Below are positions 47,046-56,623 of a stretch of 64,000 bases of DNA, in pieces; position 1 is the first letter of the stretch; each line of letters opens with the position of its first letter. Both the position numbers and the translations under genes were made by a program. Source of the DNA: a virus; IMG/VR virus record IMGVR_UViG_3300042327_000544, positions 1-64,000 of that record. One strand, given 5' to 3'. A model generated the notes under the pieces. It was not told the DNA's origin. It did no database searches and saw nothing but the letters and a program-made list of their open reading frames with translations.

Positions 47046-48687
47046 TGCTTTCCACCACTGCTATGTAAAGTCCGTTCCACCAATCGGATTCGGATTCTAA
47101 TGAATTTAATACTTTCTTACTATACAATATTTTTAATCCTGATTCAAGTATCCCCTTGTGGGCACCTTTTACAACATCCGTCCAGTTTGCGTCATCGAAT
47201 ATTAAAATAGACTGTCTGGCAAAAGTTGCGGAATAATACTTTACTGCATTTTTTGTAGACTCAAAATCGTGTGGTCCATCATAAAAGAAAAGATCAATAT
47301 CCGATATGGGCTTTAGGTTAACCTTAAACATATCTGAATTAGATATAAATACTTTATTATTACCTCTGTATGGATTAATGTTTTTCTTAAACTCTTCTAG
47401 GGAATTGGTGTCTGGTGTTTCCCACCCTTCTCTTACGGCCTGTGGAGCCTCCTGCCAGGTGTCTACAAAGTATGCCTGCAAGTTATTACCACTCAATGCT
47501 GCAGCGGCTGTAGCACCCTGATAAGAACCAATTTCGAGGTATTTAGAAGAAGACTTAGCCAAACCATTTATCAATGACTGAACTCTAGTCGATGTTAAAC
47601 CTGGTATATTAATTTCAATTGGGTTATTTACAGAATCAACTAATTGCTGTGCAACAATGGCGACCTTTGGACTAATATGATTGCCATATTTTGCAGCCAT
47701 TATTTTGTCACAATAACCACAATCCCAGCAATCAAATTTACAATTTTTGATCTTATTACGCCAGATGGCAATAGGCTTGTCAACCATATTAGTCTCTTCA
47801 ATAAAATCATTAAAGCTATCAAATAAAATTTCTTCATTATTTGCATACCTCTTAATTATTTCCATGGTTTCTTTTAGCCTTGTATGAGACTCTCTTCCGT
47901 GCATCTTTATAACATCAATGCCTAGGTCGTCTATAAACTCCTGCCAGTCTTCACGCCATGGTGGAAAATTGGCTGTCTTTAAAGATACGGCAAAATCTTC
48001 GTGATCCCATTTAGGACAAGACACTCTGCTTATTGGGTCATTAAAATATTGAGGTCCGTCTGTTCTAGTATTATTAAACTGATAATGCTCATCCATCATT
48101 ACGCATCCGCCGTAGCACCCTTCATTGGCAAGCAAGGATATCTTAACGCCGAACTGAGATTTAGCTTTTTTAAAACGCTTTAGCTTCTCGTGATCACGCA
48201 TTAAATCTCTATCAAGATTAATATAATCAAATCCAGCTTTTGCAAGGTGCTCTATGTCCCTTGGCTCTGACACATTTCTGAGAATGGTATTTTTTACAAA
48301 TAGATCTGGAAATGCCTTTTTTATTTGTCCTGTTGCCATCCAGTGTGTATGAGGTATTGTTGCTGACTTAATACCCGAATCGTATACGGGTCTAAAGTTT
48401 TCTATAAACAAATCTAAATTCTGTTGAGAGGGTCTAACTTGTATATTATTAAAAACGGCAGAAGCGGTTACCCCAGTCTCGTTTTGAATATGTAGGGCCA
48501 GGCCTATAAGATAATTATGGTCTTCTTCTCCGCCGTTAAATACATCACCCATGGCGTCTTGGTCAAAAGGAGATACCCTACAGGTAAAATAAAAGTCATA
48601 TATAAATGACTTATATTCTTTTAGAAAAGAAATAAACTCATTTAGCTGATTTTCAGTTAGCTTGGGGTTTAGTGGTACGCTAAACAT
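47029..48687 (-). CDS. U32-family Fe-S enzyme fused to class I SAM methyltransferase
   Basis: LLANEGCYGGC..H, SC, DVIKMHGRE, CKFDCWDCGYC; then YLEIGSYQG, DTW, DLFFYDGPH, IFDD. Confidence 0.75.
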   Translation of the reverse strand: MFSVPLNPKLTENQLNEFISFLKEYKSFIYDFYFTCRVSPFDQDAMGDVFNGGEEDHNYLIGLALHIQNETGVTASAVFNNIQVRPSQQNLDLFIENFRPVYDSGIKSATIPHTHWMATGQIKKAFPDLFVKNTILRNVSEPRDIEHLAKAGFDYINLDRDLMRDHEKLKRFKKAKSQFGVKISLLANEGCYGGCVMMDEHYQFNNTRTDGPQYFNDPISRVSCPKWDHEDFAVSLKTANFPPWREDWQEFIDDLGIDVIKMHGRESHTRLKETMEIIKRYANNEEILFDSFNDFIEETNMVDKPIAIWRNKIKNCKFDCWDCGYCDKIMAAKYGNHISPKVAIVAQQLVDSVNNPIEINIPGLTSTRVQSLINGLAKSSSKYLEIGSYQGATAAAALSGNNLQAYFVDTWQEAPQAVREGWETPDTNSLEEFKKNINPYRGNNKVFISNSDMFKVNLKPISDIDLFFYDGPHDFESTKNAVKYYSATFARQSILIFDDANWTDVVKGAHKGILESGLKILYSKKVLNSLESESDWWNGLYIAVVESNGNNK

Positions 48688-48692
48688 TTATC

Positions 48693-49250
48693 CTACAAAT
48701 CTATTTTTGATAAAGTATCCGCATCATAATGAACGCCAAAATGATTATTTAATAGTATACCAGCTTCTACCCAATCTTGGCAAGAGATGATCTTTTGATA
48801 GATTTCATTCTTTTTATTTAAATGAAACTTTTCACATTTATAGTCGTCCTGCTTTAAAAACTCTGGTGTAGATTTTAATAACAAAAGTTTATTTGAATAG
48901 TATTTTTCTAGCATGAATATCATTGCAGCTTTTTGAAAAAGACAGGCGTTTTTCTTATCTTCTTCTGTCAAGACATATTTAAACTTTTCCCCTACTTGCT
49001 CAAAAGGGCCTTCTCCTAGCTGAGCCTTGTGCAAAGTGTTATCTCTAAGCTTTATATAGCCTTTGTACTTCCCAACAAATTGGTATGCCAGCGCAACCTC
49101 TTTTGGAACAACAACTAAATTAGGTAGCTTTAGATAAAGCATTTGCTTTTCATCAACCGACCCAATCAGTAGATTACTCCATTCTCCTATATGCTGAATA
49201 TAGTTATTACGATCCGTCTTATCTTCTGGATCAAATAAAAAATATATCAT
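48693..49250 (-). CDS. Hypothetical protein
   Basis: 185 aa, ATGA-coupled. Confidence 0.7.
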   Translation of the reverse strand: MIYFLFDPEDKTDRNNYIQHIGEWSNLLIGSVDEKQMLYLKLPNLVVVPKEVALAYQFVGKYKGYIKLRDNTLHKAQLGEGPFEQVGEKFKYVLTEEDKKNACLFQKAAMIFMLEKYYSNKLLLLKSTPEFLKQDDYKCEKFHLNKKNEIYQKIISCQDWVEAGILLNNHFGVHYDADTLSKIDL

Positions 49251-49978
49251 TGAATTTCTTCCCAGAGTCCATTCTCTGAATCGGCAAGCTCTAATCTTTT
49301 TCTTGTCTCTATTTGCAATGCATCTAGGTGTTTATTTGTTTCTATAGCTTTAACAACTGCAGTTTCAAGAGCTATTTCTCTAACTTCTTTTGGCAATTGA
49401 TCAATGGCCTCCATGTTTCCGCCATTAACTCTTCCATAAAACATTAAGTCGTAAGCTGCTTGCGCTCCTAGTCTAATTCCCCAAAGCTCTGCCTCAAGCC
49501 TTTCTTCTTCATCATGATCTCCAATTATATCCATAATCAGTCTACCGTCAGAAAGTCTACCCTCATCAGAAGAGTTAAATTTATCTATTAGCATCATATA
49601 CTTATCTCGTTCTTCGTATACTAAGCTGACACTATTTTTTTGATTTAACAGAACTCTTTCTTTTTCTTTAATATTAAGCTCATGAATTTTAATTTCTGTA
49701 GGAGAAGTAGAAGTGCTAATTCTTTCTTTTTCTAAATCAATTTCTAGTCTAGTTCTTTCTATTTTAAGCTCTTGCTCTACAATCGTATTCTCTCTTGCTC
49801 CTAGCTCAAGCAAAAGCTGTCTAAGTTTTCCAAATGGAGTAAATTGCGCTCCACCAACAAAATTATCTATTTTAAATACTGGCACCCCCCAATGTCTATT
49901 TGTAGCATAAAGAAGAATATCTTTTTGTGATTTTGTATAGCCAGAAACATCCGACGTTATATCGTTTATATATCTCAT
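49247..49978 (-). CDS. Coiled-coil protein of a type seen next to phage fibre genes
   Basis: NFVGGAQFTPFGKLRQLLLEL, YW-like ELWGIRLG, GRVNGGNM. Confidence 0.6.
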   Translation of the reverse strand: MRYINDITSDVSGYTKSQKDILLYATNRHWGVPVFKIDNFVGGAQFTPFGKLRQLLLELGARENTIVEQELKIERTRLEIDLEKERISTSTSPTEIKIHELNIKEKERVLLNQKNSVSLVYEERDKYMMLIDKFNSSDEGRLSDGRLIMDIIGDHDEEERLEAELWGIRLGAQAAYDLMFYGRVNGGNMEAIDQLPKEVREIALETAVVKAIETNKHLDALQIETRKRLELADSENGLWEEIQ

Positions 49979-49993
49979 TTTATTACCTATCTA

Positions 49994-50914
49994 TTAAGAA
50001 CGTTGTGCTGAGTAGCCAGAACTTCTTCCTGGAACTCCCTTAGACTGCATTGATCCTCCGCCTTCAAAGCCAGAATCTGTAGCGTAGTTAAATCTCCAAG
50101 ATCTGTTATTTTGCTCTCCGTTATAGTTTCCAAGCATGTATTGCCATGCTTGTCCCATATCAAAATTTTCTTCACCACAATTTGTAATTGGCTTTCCAAC
50201 TAATCCTATATTTGTTTCAGTAGCAACGCTAAATCTTCTTAAGTTGTTTCCACCTGCATAGTTACCCTCATTACCTGCGTATAGAGTAGTTAACTTTGAA
50301 GAAATTCCTTTTTGTTGTCCGTGAACGCCATTGCAAGGTGATGCAGCTTGAGTTTCTGTTGCAAAAGTTAATTTAACACCATTATCATCTCCATAGTGAA
50401 AACCTTTTGTTTCATGATAAAAAGATGACATTGTTTGAGTGTTGGATCCAAAGCTTTTGCCAAGTGAACTCATCCAAGACTGTGTTGTGAAATTAAACTT
50501 CATAATTGCTGCTACACCTACTTCGCCTGGTGCACCATATGCGTACAGTTGCTCTTGATGCATAATTGTTCCTGAATTTCCTACTGCATATGGGGCGGAA
50601 GGACCAACAATTGATGTGTTTGTTCTCATATTGTAACGATTGGTTTGCGAGCTTGATCCTCCAACTTGATTATTGGCTTTAAGAAGATAGGCAAATGTAT
50701 CATCACACATTCCACCAGGATATCCACTAGAGTTATTTAGCGGACCACCCAAATCAACTGTTGTATCAGTTGAGTGTGTTACTTCGTTAACGCTTGTCCA
50801 TGGCGAACTGTTTCTATATCCAGCAAGCACGTAACCCTTTGTAATAACCTGTCTCAAAAGAAATGCTACGGGCCCACCTGAACCAGACATATATCTATTT
50901 TGCGGAAATGGCAT
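49994..50914 (-). CDS. Beta-propeller-like fibre tip protein
   Basis: Repeats of G[YF].. ..[KR]F.[FY]ATET/D. Confidence 0.6.
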   Translation of the reverse strand: MPFPQNRYMSGSGGPVAFLLRQVITKGYVLAGYRNSSPWTSVNEVTHSTDTTVDLGGPLNNSSGYPGGMCDDTFAYLLKANNQVGGSSSQTNRYNMRTNTSIVGPSAPYAVGNSGTIMHQEQLYAYGAPGEVGVAAIMKFNFTTQSWMSSLGKSFGSNTQTMSSFYHETKGFHYGDDNGVKLTFATETQAASPCNGVHGQQKGISSKLTTLYAGNEGNYAGGNNLRRFSVATETNIGLVGKPITNCGEENFDMGQAWQYMLGNYNGEQNNRSWRFNYATDSGFEGGGSMQSKGVPGRSSGYSAQRS

Positions 50915-51415
50915 TTAAACCTCCACAGTATATTTTAGTTTGACTGAAGCAATTCCTAATGTGGGCCATGTGATATTAAATGGGTTTGTTTGTTCTGTAA
51001 TATCTCTTAAAGATTGTCTATATGCAATAATCTTTTCTTGATCTGAATCTGAAAAAGAAGAAAATACATCTGGCATAACTAAGTAGTCTGTTGCGGTAAT
51101 AGTGTTATCTCTATGATATTTTACTAGATTCCACTGATTTGCTATTACTTCTGCTTTTTCTTCATTTGATAAATCAATAAGCACATATGAGCCTTTAACT
51201 TTTTTGCCAGTAAGGGCTCTTTCAAAAGAAACTTTCTTTTTAGTTGGATCGAATGATGGGGTTTCTGTTTCATCTTCACATATATACCAATTATCAAAGC
51301 CTTCAAGGTGTGATTCTAAAATTGGTGAAGGGAAATGTGTTGAAGGATACATCTCTCTTAGCTGTTGTTCATTTACAATTTGAGTAATATGCTTATCAAT
51401 AACTTGTGCGTACAT
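50915..51415 (-). CDS. Tail fibre assembly chaperone-like protein
   Basis: W..V...RD..I..TD, YRQSLRDITEQ..PFNITWP. Confidence 0.75.
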   Translation of the reverse strand: MYAQVIDKHITQIVNEQQLREMYPSTHFPSPILESHLEGFDNWYICEDETETPSFDPTKKKVSFERALTGKKVKGSYVLIDLSNEEKAEVIANQWNLVKYHRDNTITATDYLVMPDVFSSFSDSDQEKIIAYRQSLRDITEQTNPFNITWPTLGIASVKLKYTVEV

Positions 51416-51780
51416 TATCGTGAGTCCTTCATTGATATTGATCCTCGCCAGTTTGTTCCATTATCGTATGTAATAAATGTTATAACATCGATTCCTCCAG
51501 AAGTGAGGGCTGGGGCTGTAGCTCCTGGATATTTTGCATTTGCAAATGTTATTGTGTATGCTCCTCCGCCAGTTAATTGTAGAGAGAAAGAAACAACTCC
51601 AGTTGTCGGGGTATTGACAATAGTAAATGTTGTTGCTGCTGTTACTGTGCAAGTAAAGTCATTTGATAGGGCTAGGTCTAGATTGACTGCGCCTGAGCGA
51701 GAGCCAAGGTCTAGCCTTCCAGTCTTATATGTATTAAGAGATCCTACTTGGTCTCCGATAACATCGCTTAGTAGTGCCAT
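51415..51780 (-). CDS. Fibre-associated small structural protein
   Basis: LDLALSNDF, PALTSGGIDVITFITYDNGTNWRG; start by TAATG overlap. Confidence 0.65.
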   Translation of the reverse strand: MALLSDVIGDQVGSLNTYKTGRLDLGSRSGAVNLDLALSNDFTCTVTAATTFTIVNTPTTGVVSFSLQLTGGGAYTITFANAKYPGATAPALTSGGIDVITFITYDNGTNWRGSISMKDSR

Positions 51781-52445
51781 TACATTACTCTCCATCCTTG
51801 AGCTGTATTTGAAAATACTAGAGTTGCAGCTTTGCTTTTTACGTTAAAGACTAGGTCTTCAGCTACACCTGCTATTAGGCTTCCGTTTCTTGCAATTGTA
51901 AAGTTTGTTGTCTGTGAAGTTCCTGCTGAATCTACAACAATAACTGTATCTCCAATTGAAGGAGCTGCTGGCAATGTAACAACAAGACCTGCTGCTGGTG
52001 TTACAAGAAGTCTATCTCCTCTAACTGCTGTATATGAAGAAGTTATATTTACCCAAGTATTTGGGATCTTTCCAGCAACTAGGGAAGATAATCCTGTAAC
52101 CGTTGAAGCAAGAGCGGAAATTTCTCCCCCAGCTGTGCTTACATAGTTTTCAGTTGCATATATTCTTGTCTCGTGATCAGCAATATCGGCTTCAGCGTCA
52201 GTAATTCTTTGTCCGTTAACTGAGCTGTTAATTGATGTAATAGCTGCATCTCTTGCCGCATTAATAGCAGCGATTCTTTCGGTTGTAATTGAAAGAATAT
52301 CGTTAACGCCCATAGATTTTGCTAATGTATCAAGTGCTGAGGCCAGCAAAACTAGGTCGTTTGCGTCTAAAGTTGTGGATGCAAGAGCGCTTACCTTTGT
52401 CTTAAATAGTTCAACCTGAGTTTGCAGTGTTGTATAATCTGGCAT
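51780..52445 (-). CDS. Short fibre/adaptor with T4 fibre-like C-terminal domain
   Basis: Coiled coil then VTLPAAPSIGDTV..TIARNGS..GW. Confidence 0.7.
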   Translation of the reverse strand: MPDYTTLQTQVELFKTKVSALASTTLDANDLVLLASALDTLAKSMGVNDILSITTERIAAINAARDAAITSINSSVNGQRITDAEADIADHETRIYATENYVSTAGGEISALASTVTGLSSLVAGKIPNTWVNITSSYTAVRGDRLLVTPAAGLVVTLPAAPSIGDTVIVVDSAGTSQTTNFTIARNGSLIAGVAEDLVFNVKSKAATLVFSNTAQGWRVM

Positions 52446-52453
52446 TTTGTCTC

Positions 52454-55400
52454 CTAAGCCTGAGCTTCAGTCCAGGAAATTCTAGCAAGAATGTTTGCAG
52501 CCCCTGAACCAAGATTTGTTGCTGTAATTGTTAAGATATCTGGTCCATTAGGGAATGATGGGTTTGTCTGAGACCCATTTCCGTTTAGAATTGAGTTTGA
52601 AAGGTCTCTAACTTTCTTAGCATCAAATGTAGTAACGGAGAAGTTAGTACCACCTGCGTTTTCTGTGTAGAAAGCAAAGATACGATCTCCACCAGTAACG
52701 GTATTTGTAGGAGATGTAACTGGTGCTCCAGTACCTCTAACTCCTGTACCGTCGTGGTAAATTACCTGTGCGAGAGAACCAGAACCAACTCTTACTGCTT
52801 CCCATTCTGTAGGGATTGCAATACCGTTCATAGTTGCTGGATTTAGAATTCCTTCAATCAAGAATTGTCCCTGTGAAAGAACTCCAACTGAGTCAAGCTT
52901 CATCTGCATACGGTTTGCTAGTTCACGCAATCCAAAGTTTCTGCCTAGACCATTGTCTGCAGAAGGAGCCACTCTAATTGAAACGAGTGGACGAGGGGTT
53001 GGTGTGCTTCCGAATGTCTGTACTGCGGTACCGTTAGGGTTAATTGCAGAAATTGCTTCATCTGCACCCGCTAAAGCAAAACTAAATGATGTTGGGGCAA
53101 CCGAAGTAATTGCGAATGTACCGTTGTATCGGCTTGATCCTGTAACTCTTGCTGAGCTAGGAACTGACTGGAATCCTATATTTGCATTAACTTTGCTAAA
53201 TGAGAAAGTTGTAGGGCTTGGAACAAGTGAAATTGTATATGTTCCGTTAAATACGGAATCCATACCAGTAATTGTTACCTGCTGACCTACTGAATAAAGA
53301 TGCGCTGTACCAGTTGTTAGGGTTGCTATGTTGTTGGTAAGCTGTCTAAATGTAGGAGTATAGATATCATTTACTCCAGATATAGTTACGTTTGTACCAG
53401 ATGCAAGTGTGTGAGTACCTGATGTTGTCATTGTTGCAACACCTGATAGCGCCTGACGATTTGTTAGCGTAGCTGAAATTGTTCCAGATCCACCAACCTG
53501 CAAGTATTTCTGCATACCAGCGGTAAAGATAAATGACTTATCATCATTAAATCCACCATCCATAATTACGGATGATCCCCAGTGTGACATAACTGGTGCA
53601 CAGTTTTGAGAAATTGTTTGTACTGAAACTTGTGCTGTACCAGATCCGCCAGGAATTGTTGAGTCTGGAACAAAGTTTGATTGGATAGATGTTCCAAATA
53701 GATTCATTGGAACTCCTCCGTAAACTAGAGGTTGTGCGACTCTTCTTACAATATTAACTGCATGTGCTTGAATTGTTGGATTATATGCACCAATTGATGT
53801 ATATTCGCAAATCTCAAAATTAGCTCCATCTGCAATTCTTAGGAATCCTGTTGATGGCCAGAAACTTACGTCATTGACGTAAATTACTGTGTCTTGAGGA
53901 AATAGTGTAGATCCGCTTAGCCCTGATCCCCCTGCAATTAATTTTGCAGAGTTTAGAGGCTCATTAATTGTTTCATATCTTGCAGGAAGGTTTCCTGATC
54001 TCATATATGAAGCGGTATTAATATTATTCATTACCATCTTGTGACACCAAATAACGTTACCGTCTGTGCCTCTTAGTCCAAATCTAATTGAGCCTGCTCC
54101 ATACCAAGAGTAATCGATGAATGTCATCTGCATCTTTGCTATATCGAGGTTATATCCTGTTGGACCATTGCCGTCTACGGTGTCAATGTTCCATTGTGAT
54201 TGTGGAATCTTTTGAATCTGTGTCTTAAGATAAGGAGAACCATTAACACTTGGTCCTCTGTATGCTGGGGCAATGTTTAAAGAAGTATCATTGTTAATCT
54301 GAATAACTCTATAAGACTGTCCTCTAACTACAATTAGGTCTCCAACAAGTAGTTGCTTTCTAAATCTAGTGTCTACTCCTGTTACTACATTTGAAAATTG
54401 TGTTACTGAGATCTTTCCAAATAGTTCTTTGTTTGAAAATCTTCTTACTGCATACAATGTCCGTCCATCATATTCAAAATAGAATCCATTTTGATCATCA
54501 TATAGTCCAGCTCTTGTTGCTGAGCCTTTCCACTGATATGCTGTTACGAATGAATTAACTCCACCTGGCAATTGATCAATTGCGCTAATTGCAGAAGTAA
54601 ATGTCTTTTGTACAATAATTGTGTTTGAATCTGTTACTGAGCTAATGGTGAATAGGCCATTGAATGGGTTATATGCTCCCACTGTTTCAATTCCCTCAAT
54701 CTTAATTGTTGCGCCAGCCTGTAGGTTGTGATCTTGCAAAACACGAATTGTGATTGCATTTGATCCAATTGCTGTGCTTGATGCTGCAATGTAAGAAATG
54801 TCAAATGAAGGGGTAAACTTTGTTCCTGTTGAAAACGTAATTGACTTACCTGACTGATATCTAAAATATCTACGTGTTTGTCTAAGTGTCTGTGTTCCAC
54901 ATACGTTATTTCCAGTTGTGAGAATAACTCCACCATCGAATGGTCTGTGCTCTACGTAGCCCTCTGGCTTGCAGAATAGGCCAATTCCTACGGTGTTTAT
55001 TGCACCTACGGGAATTAGTGACTGTGTCATAAATGAGAATGAATTTGGAGTTGTAACTCTGTCAATCAAGAAGCTTCCATTGATTGAGCTTCCTGATGGA
55101 GCTGAAATCAAAATTGGCGTTCCTGGATAAAGTCCGTGTGGATTTGTAGTAACAACATCGATTCTTGAAAGAGCTGCACCGTCTGATGTTGCTGCCCAAG
55201 AATTCAGGGCTCCAGTGTTTCCGCCTGGAATATGTGCATTGTCAAAGATTCCTCCACCGTAAAGTGTTGTTAAGGTTCCATCTAGAACGCTGGTCAAGTT
55301 TGGAACATTGCCCTTGGCAATAAATGAAAATGATGTTGAGTCAATAATGGTAATAAGAAAAGTACCGTCTGTAAGTGGGCTGAGTGACTCATTAACGCTT

Positions 55401-55951
55401 ACCACGTCTCCGTTATTTAATCCGTGTGGAGTTGTTGTTGTTACAACGATTCTAGATCTTGGTGTTCCGCCTGATGAGATAAGAGAAACCACATCTAGGG
55501 AGTTTCCTCCTGTATTTCTTGAAAAGAATGTTGGGTAGTTGTTTTGAAGAGAAAGAGATTCCCATTTAGAACCCTGCACACCGTACTCAAAGTCAGTATC
55601 AATCAAAGACTCTGGATCAGATATTTTTAGCTTTCCTACTGCATCTAAGAGGTCTGATGAAGGCATGAATGTCTCAACTGGCTCGTCAACCATAATTTGA
55701 AGCTTATCTGTTGACTGCATTGAGGCTGTGTTGTACTCAAGAACTAAAATTGTGTGAACATCATTTAGACTGTCGGTTAGTGTATGGCTTACTAGACCGA
55801 TTGATGGGTCTGAAAAATTGTAGATGATTTTATTTTGGGTGACGTTTGTGATCAAAAGAAGATTTTGTCTTAGTACAAATCTTGGAATTGTAATCGTGGA
55901 TGTTGCGGGGGAAAATATAATCCCTTGATCGTTAATTGCTCTTCTTGCCAT
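52454..55951 (-). CDS. Large structural (fibre/baseplate-like) protein with repeated beta domains
   Basis: SLIDTDFEYG; about five T..H.L..G..V.I repeats; RQTRRYFRYQSGK; YSWYGAG. Confidence 0.7.
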   Translation of the reverse strand: MARRAINDQGIIFSPATSTITIPRFVLRQNLLLITNVTQNKIIYNFSDPSIGLVSHTLTDSLNDVHTILVLEYNTASMQSTDKLQIMVDEPVETFMPSSDLLDAVGKLKISDPESLIDTDFEYGVQGSKWESLSLQNNYPTFFSRNTGGNSLDVVSLISSGGTPRSRIVVTTTTPHGLNNGDVVSVNESLSPLTDGTFLITIIDSTSFSFIAKGNVPNLTSVLDGTLTTLYGGGIFDNAHIPGGNTGALNSWAATSDGAALSRIDVVTTNPHGLYPGTPILISAPSGSSINGSFLIDRVTTPNSFSFMTQSLIPVGAINTVGIGLFCKPEGYVEHRPFDGGVILTTGNNVCGTQTLRQTRRYFRYQSGKSITFSTGTKFTPSFDISYIAASSTAIGSNAITIRVLQDHNLQAGATIKIEGIETVGAYNPFNGLFTISSVTDSNTIIVQKTFTSAISAIDQLPGGVNSFVTAYQWKGSATRAGLYDDQNGFYFEYDGRTLYAVRRFSNKELFGKISVTQFSNVVTGVDTRFRKQLLVGDLIVVRGQSYRVIQINNDTSLNIAPAYRGPSVNGSPYLKTQIQKIPQSQWNIDTVDGNGPTGYNLDIAKMQMTFIDYSWYGAGSIRFGLRGTDGNVIWCHKMVMNNINTASYMRSGNLPARYETINEPLNSAKLIAGGSGLSGSTLFPQDTVIYVNDVSFWPSTGFLRIADGANFEICEYTSIGAYNPTIQAHAVNIVRRVAQPLVYGGVPMNLFGTSIQSNFVPDSTIPGGSGTAQVSVQTISQNCAPVMSHWGSSVIMDGGFNDDKSFIFTAGMQKYLQVGGSGTISATLTNRQALSGVATMTTSGTHTLASGTNVTISGVNDIYTPTFRQLTNNIATLTTGTAHLYSVGQQVTITGMDSVFNGTYTISLVPSPTTFSFSKVNANIGFQSVPSSARVTGSSRYNGTFAITSVAPTSFSFALAGADEAISAINPNGTAVQTFGSTPTPRPLVSIRVAPSADNGLGRNFGLRELANRMQMKLDSVGVLSQGQFLIEGILNPATMNGIAIPTEWEAVRVGSGSLAQVIYHDGTGVRGTGAPVTSPTNTVTGGDRIFAFYTENAGGTNFSVTTFDAKKVRDLSNSILNGNGSQTNPSFPNGPDILTITATNLGSGAANILARISWTEAQA

Positions 55952-55966
55952 ATTAGTTAGTCTCCC

Positions 55967-56584
55967 TTAGAAAATAAAACTTGTTGCCATAATTGTACCA
56001 TTTATCTGTGCCAAAGATGATGTTAGTGCATATTTTGGATAATAAATACCTAGATTAAGTAATGAATCTAATTCATAGGCTGAAACTCTTTTTTCAATAT
56101 CTGCCACAACTACATCTCCAATTGGACCTGTCGGACCAACGGGTCCCTGGACTCCTGCTGGACCTTGAATACCTTGTGGGCCTCTTACGTTACCTTGTAA
56201 AACCCAAGTTGTTGTTGATGCGCTATAAACATAATACTCTCCAGTATTTAAATTTATAAAGTTATCGCCTTCAATTAAATTTGTTAGCCCTGCATTTTGT
56301 GGAACTGATTGAGCTGTATATGTCTTTGTTCCTCTTGTACCTGGAACACCTGCTGGGCCCGTAACTGATGCGCCCCGTGGAATTGAAAAGTTGAAAACAG
56401 CATTTGTTGCTGTGCCTGAATTTGTAACTGTTGCATTTGTACCTGCGGCAGTAGATGTTACTGTTCCTACAGATACGGCTGCTGCAGTTCCTGCTGGGCC
56501 TTGAGGGCCAGTAGCTCCCGTTGGGCCAGGTCGTGATCCTGCAACGACTACCCACTCAGTTCCGTTATAGCGTTTTAATGACAT
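55967..56584 (-). CDS. Collagen-like fibre protein
   Basis: Gly-X-Y runs (GPTGATGPQGPAG; GPQGIQGPAGVQGPVGPTGPIG). Confidence 0.85.
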   Translation of the reverse strand: MSLKRYNGTEWVVVAGSRPGPTGATGPQGPAGTAAAVSVGTVTSTAAGTNATVTNSGTATNAVFNFSIPRGASVTGPAGVPGTRGTKTYTAQSVPQNAGLTNLIEGDNFINLNTGEYYVYSASTTTWVLQGNVRGPQGIQGPAGVQGPVGPTGPIGDVVVADIEKRVSAYELDSLLNLGIYYPKYALTSSLAQINGTIMATSFIF

Positions 56585-56603
56585 ATTTGATTACCTCTCC
56601 ACT

Positions 56604-56609
56604 ATTATA
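56604..56609 (-). promoter_or_regulatory. -10 box
   Basis: TATAAT upstream of GGAGAGG RBS. Confidence 0.45.
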
Positions 56610-56623
56610 CAACATATCTTTTA

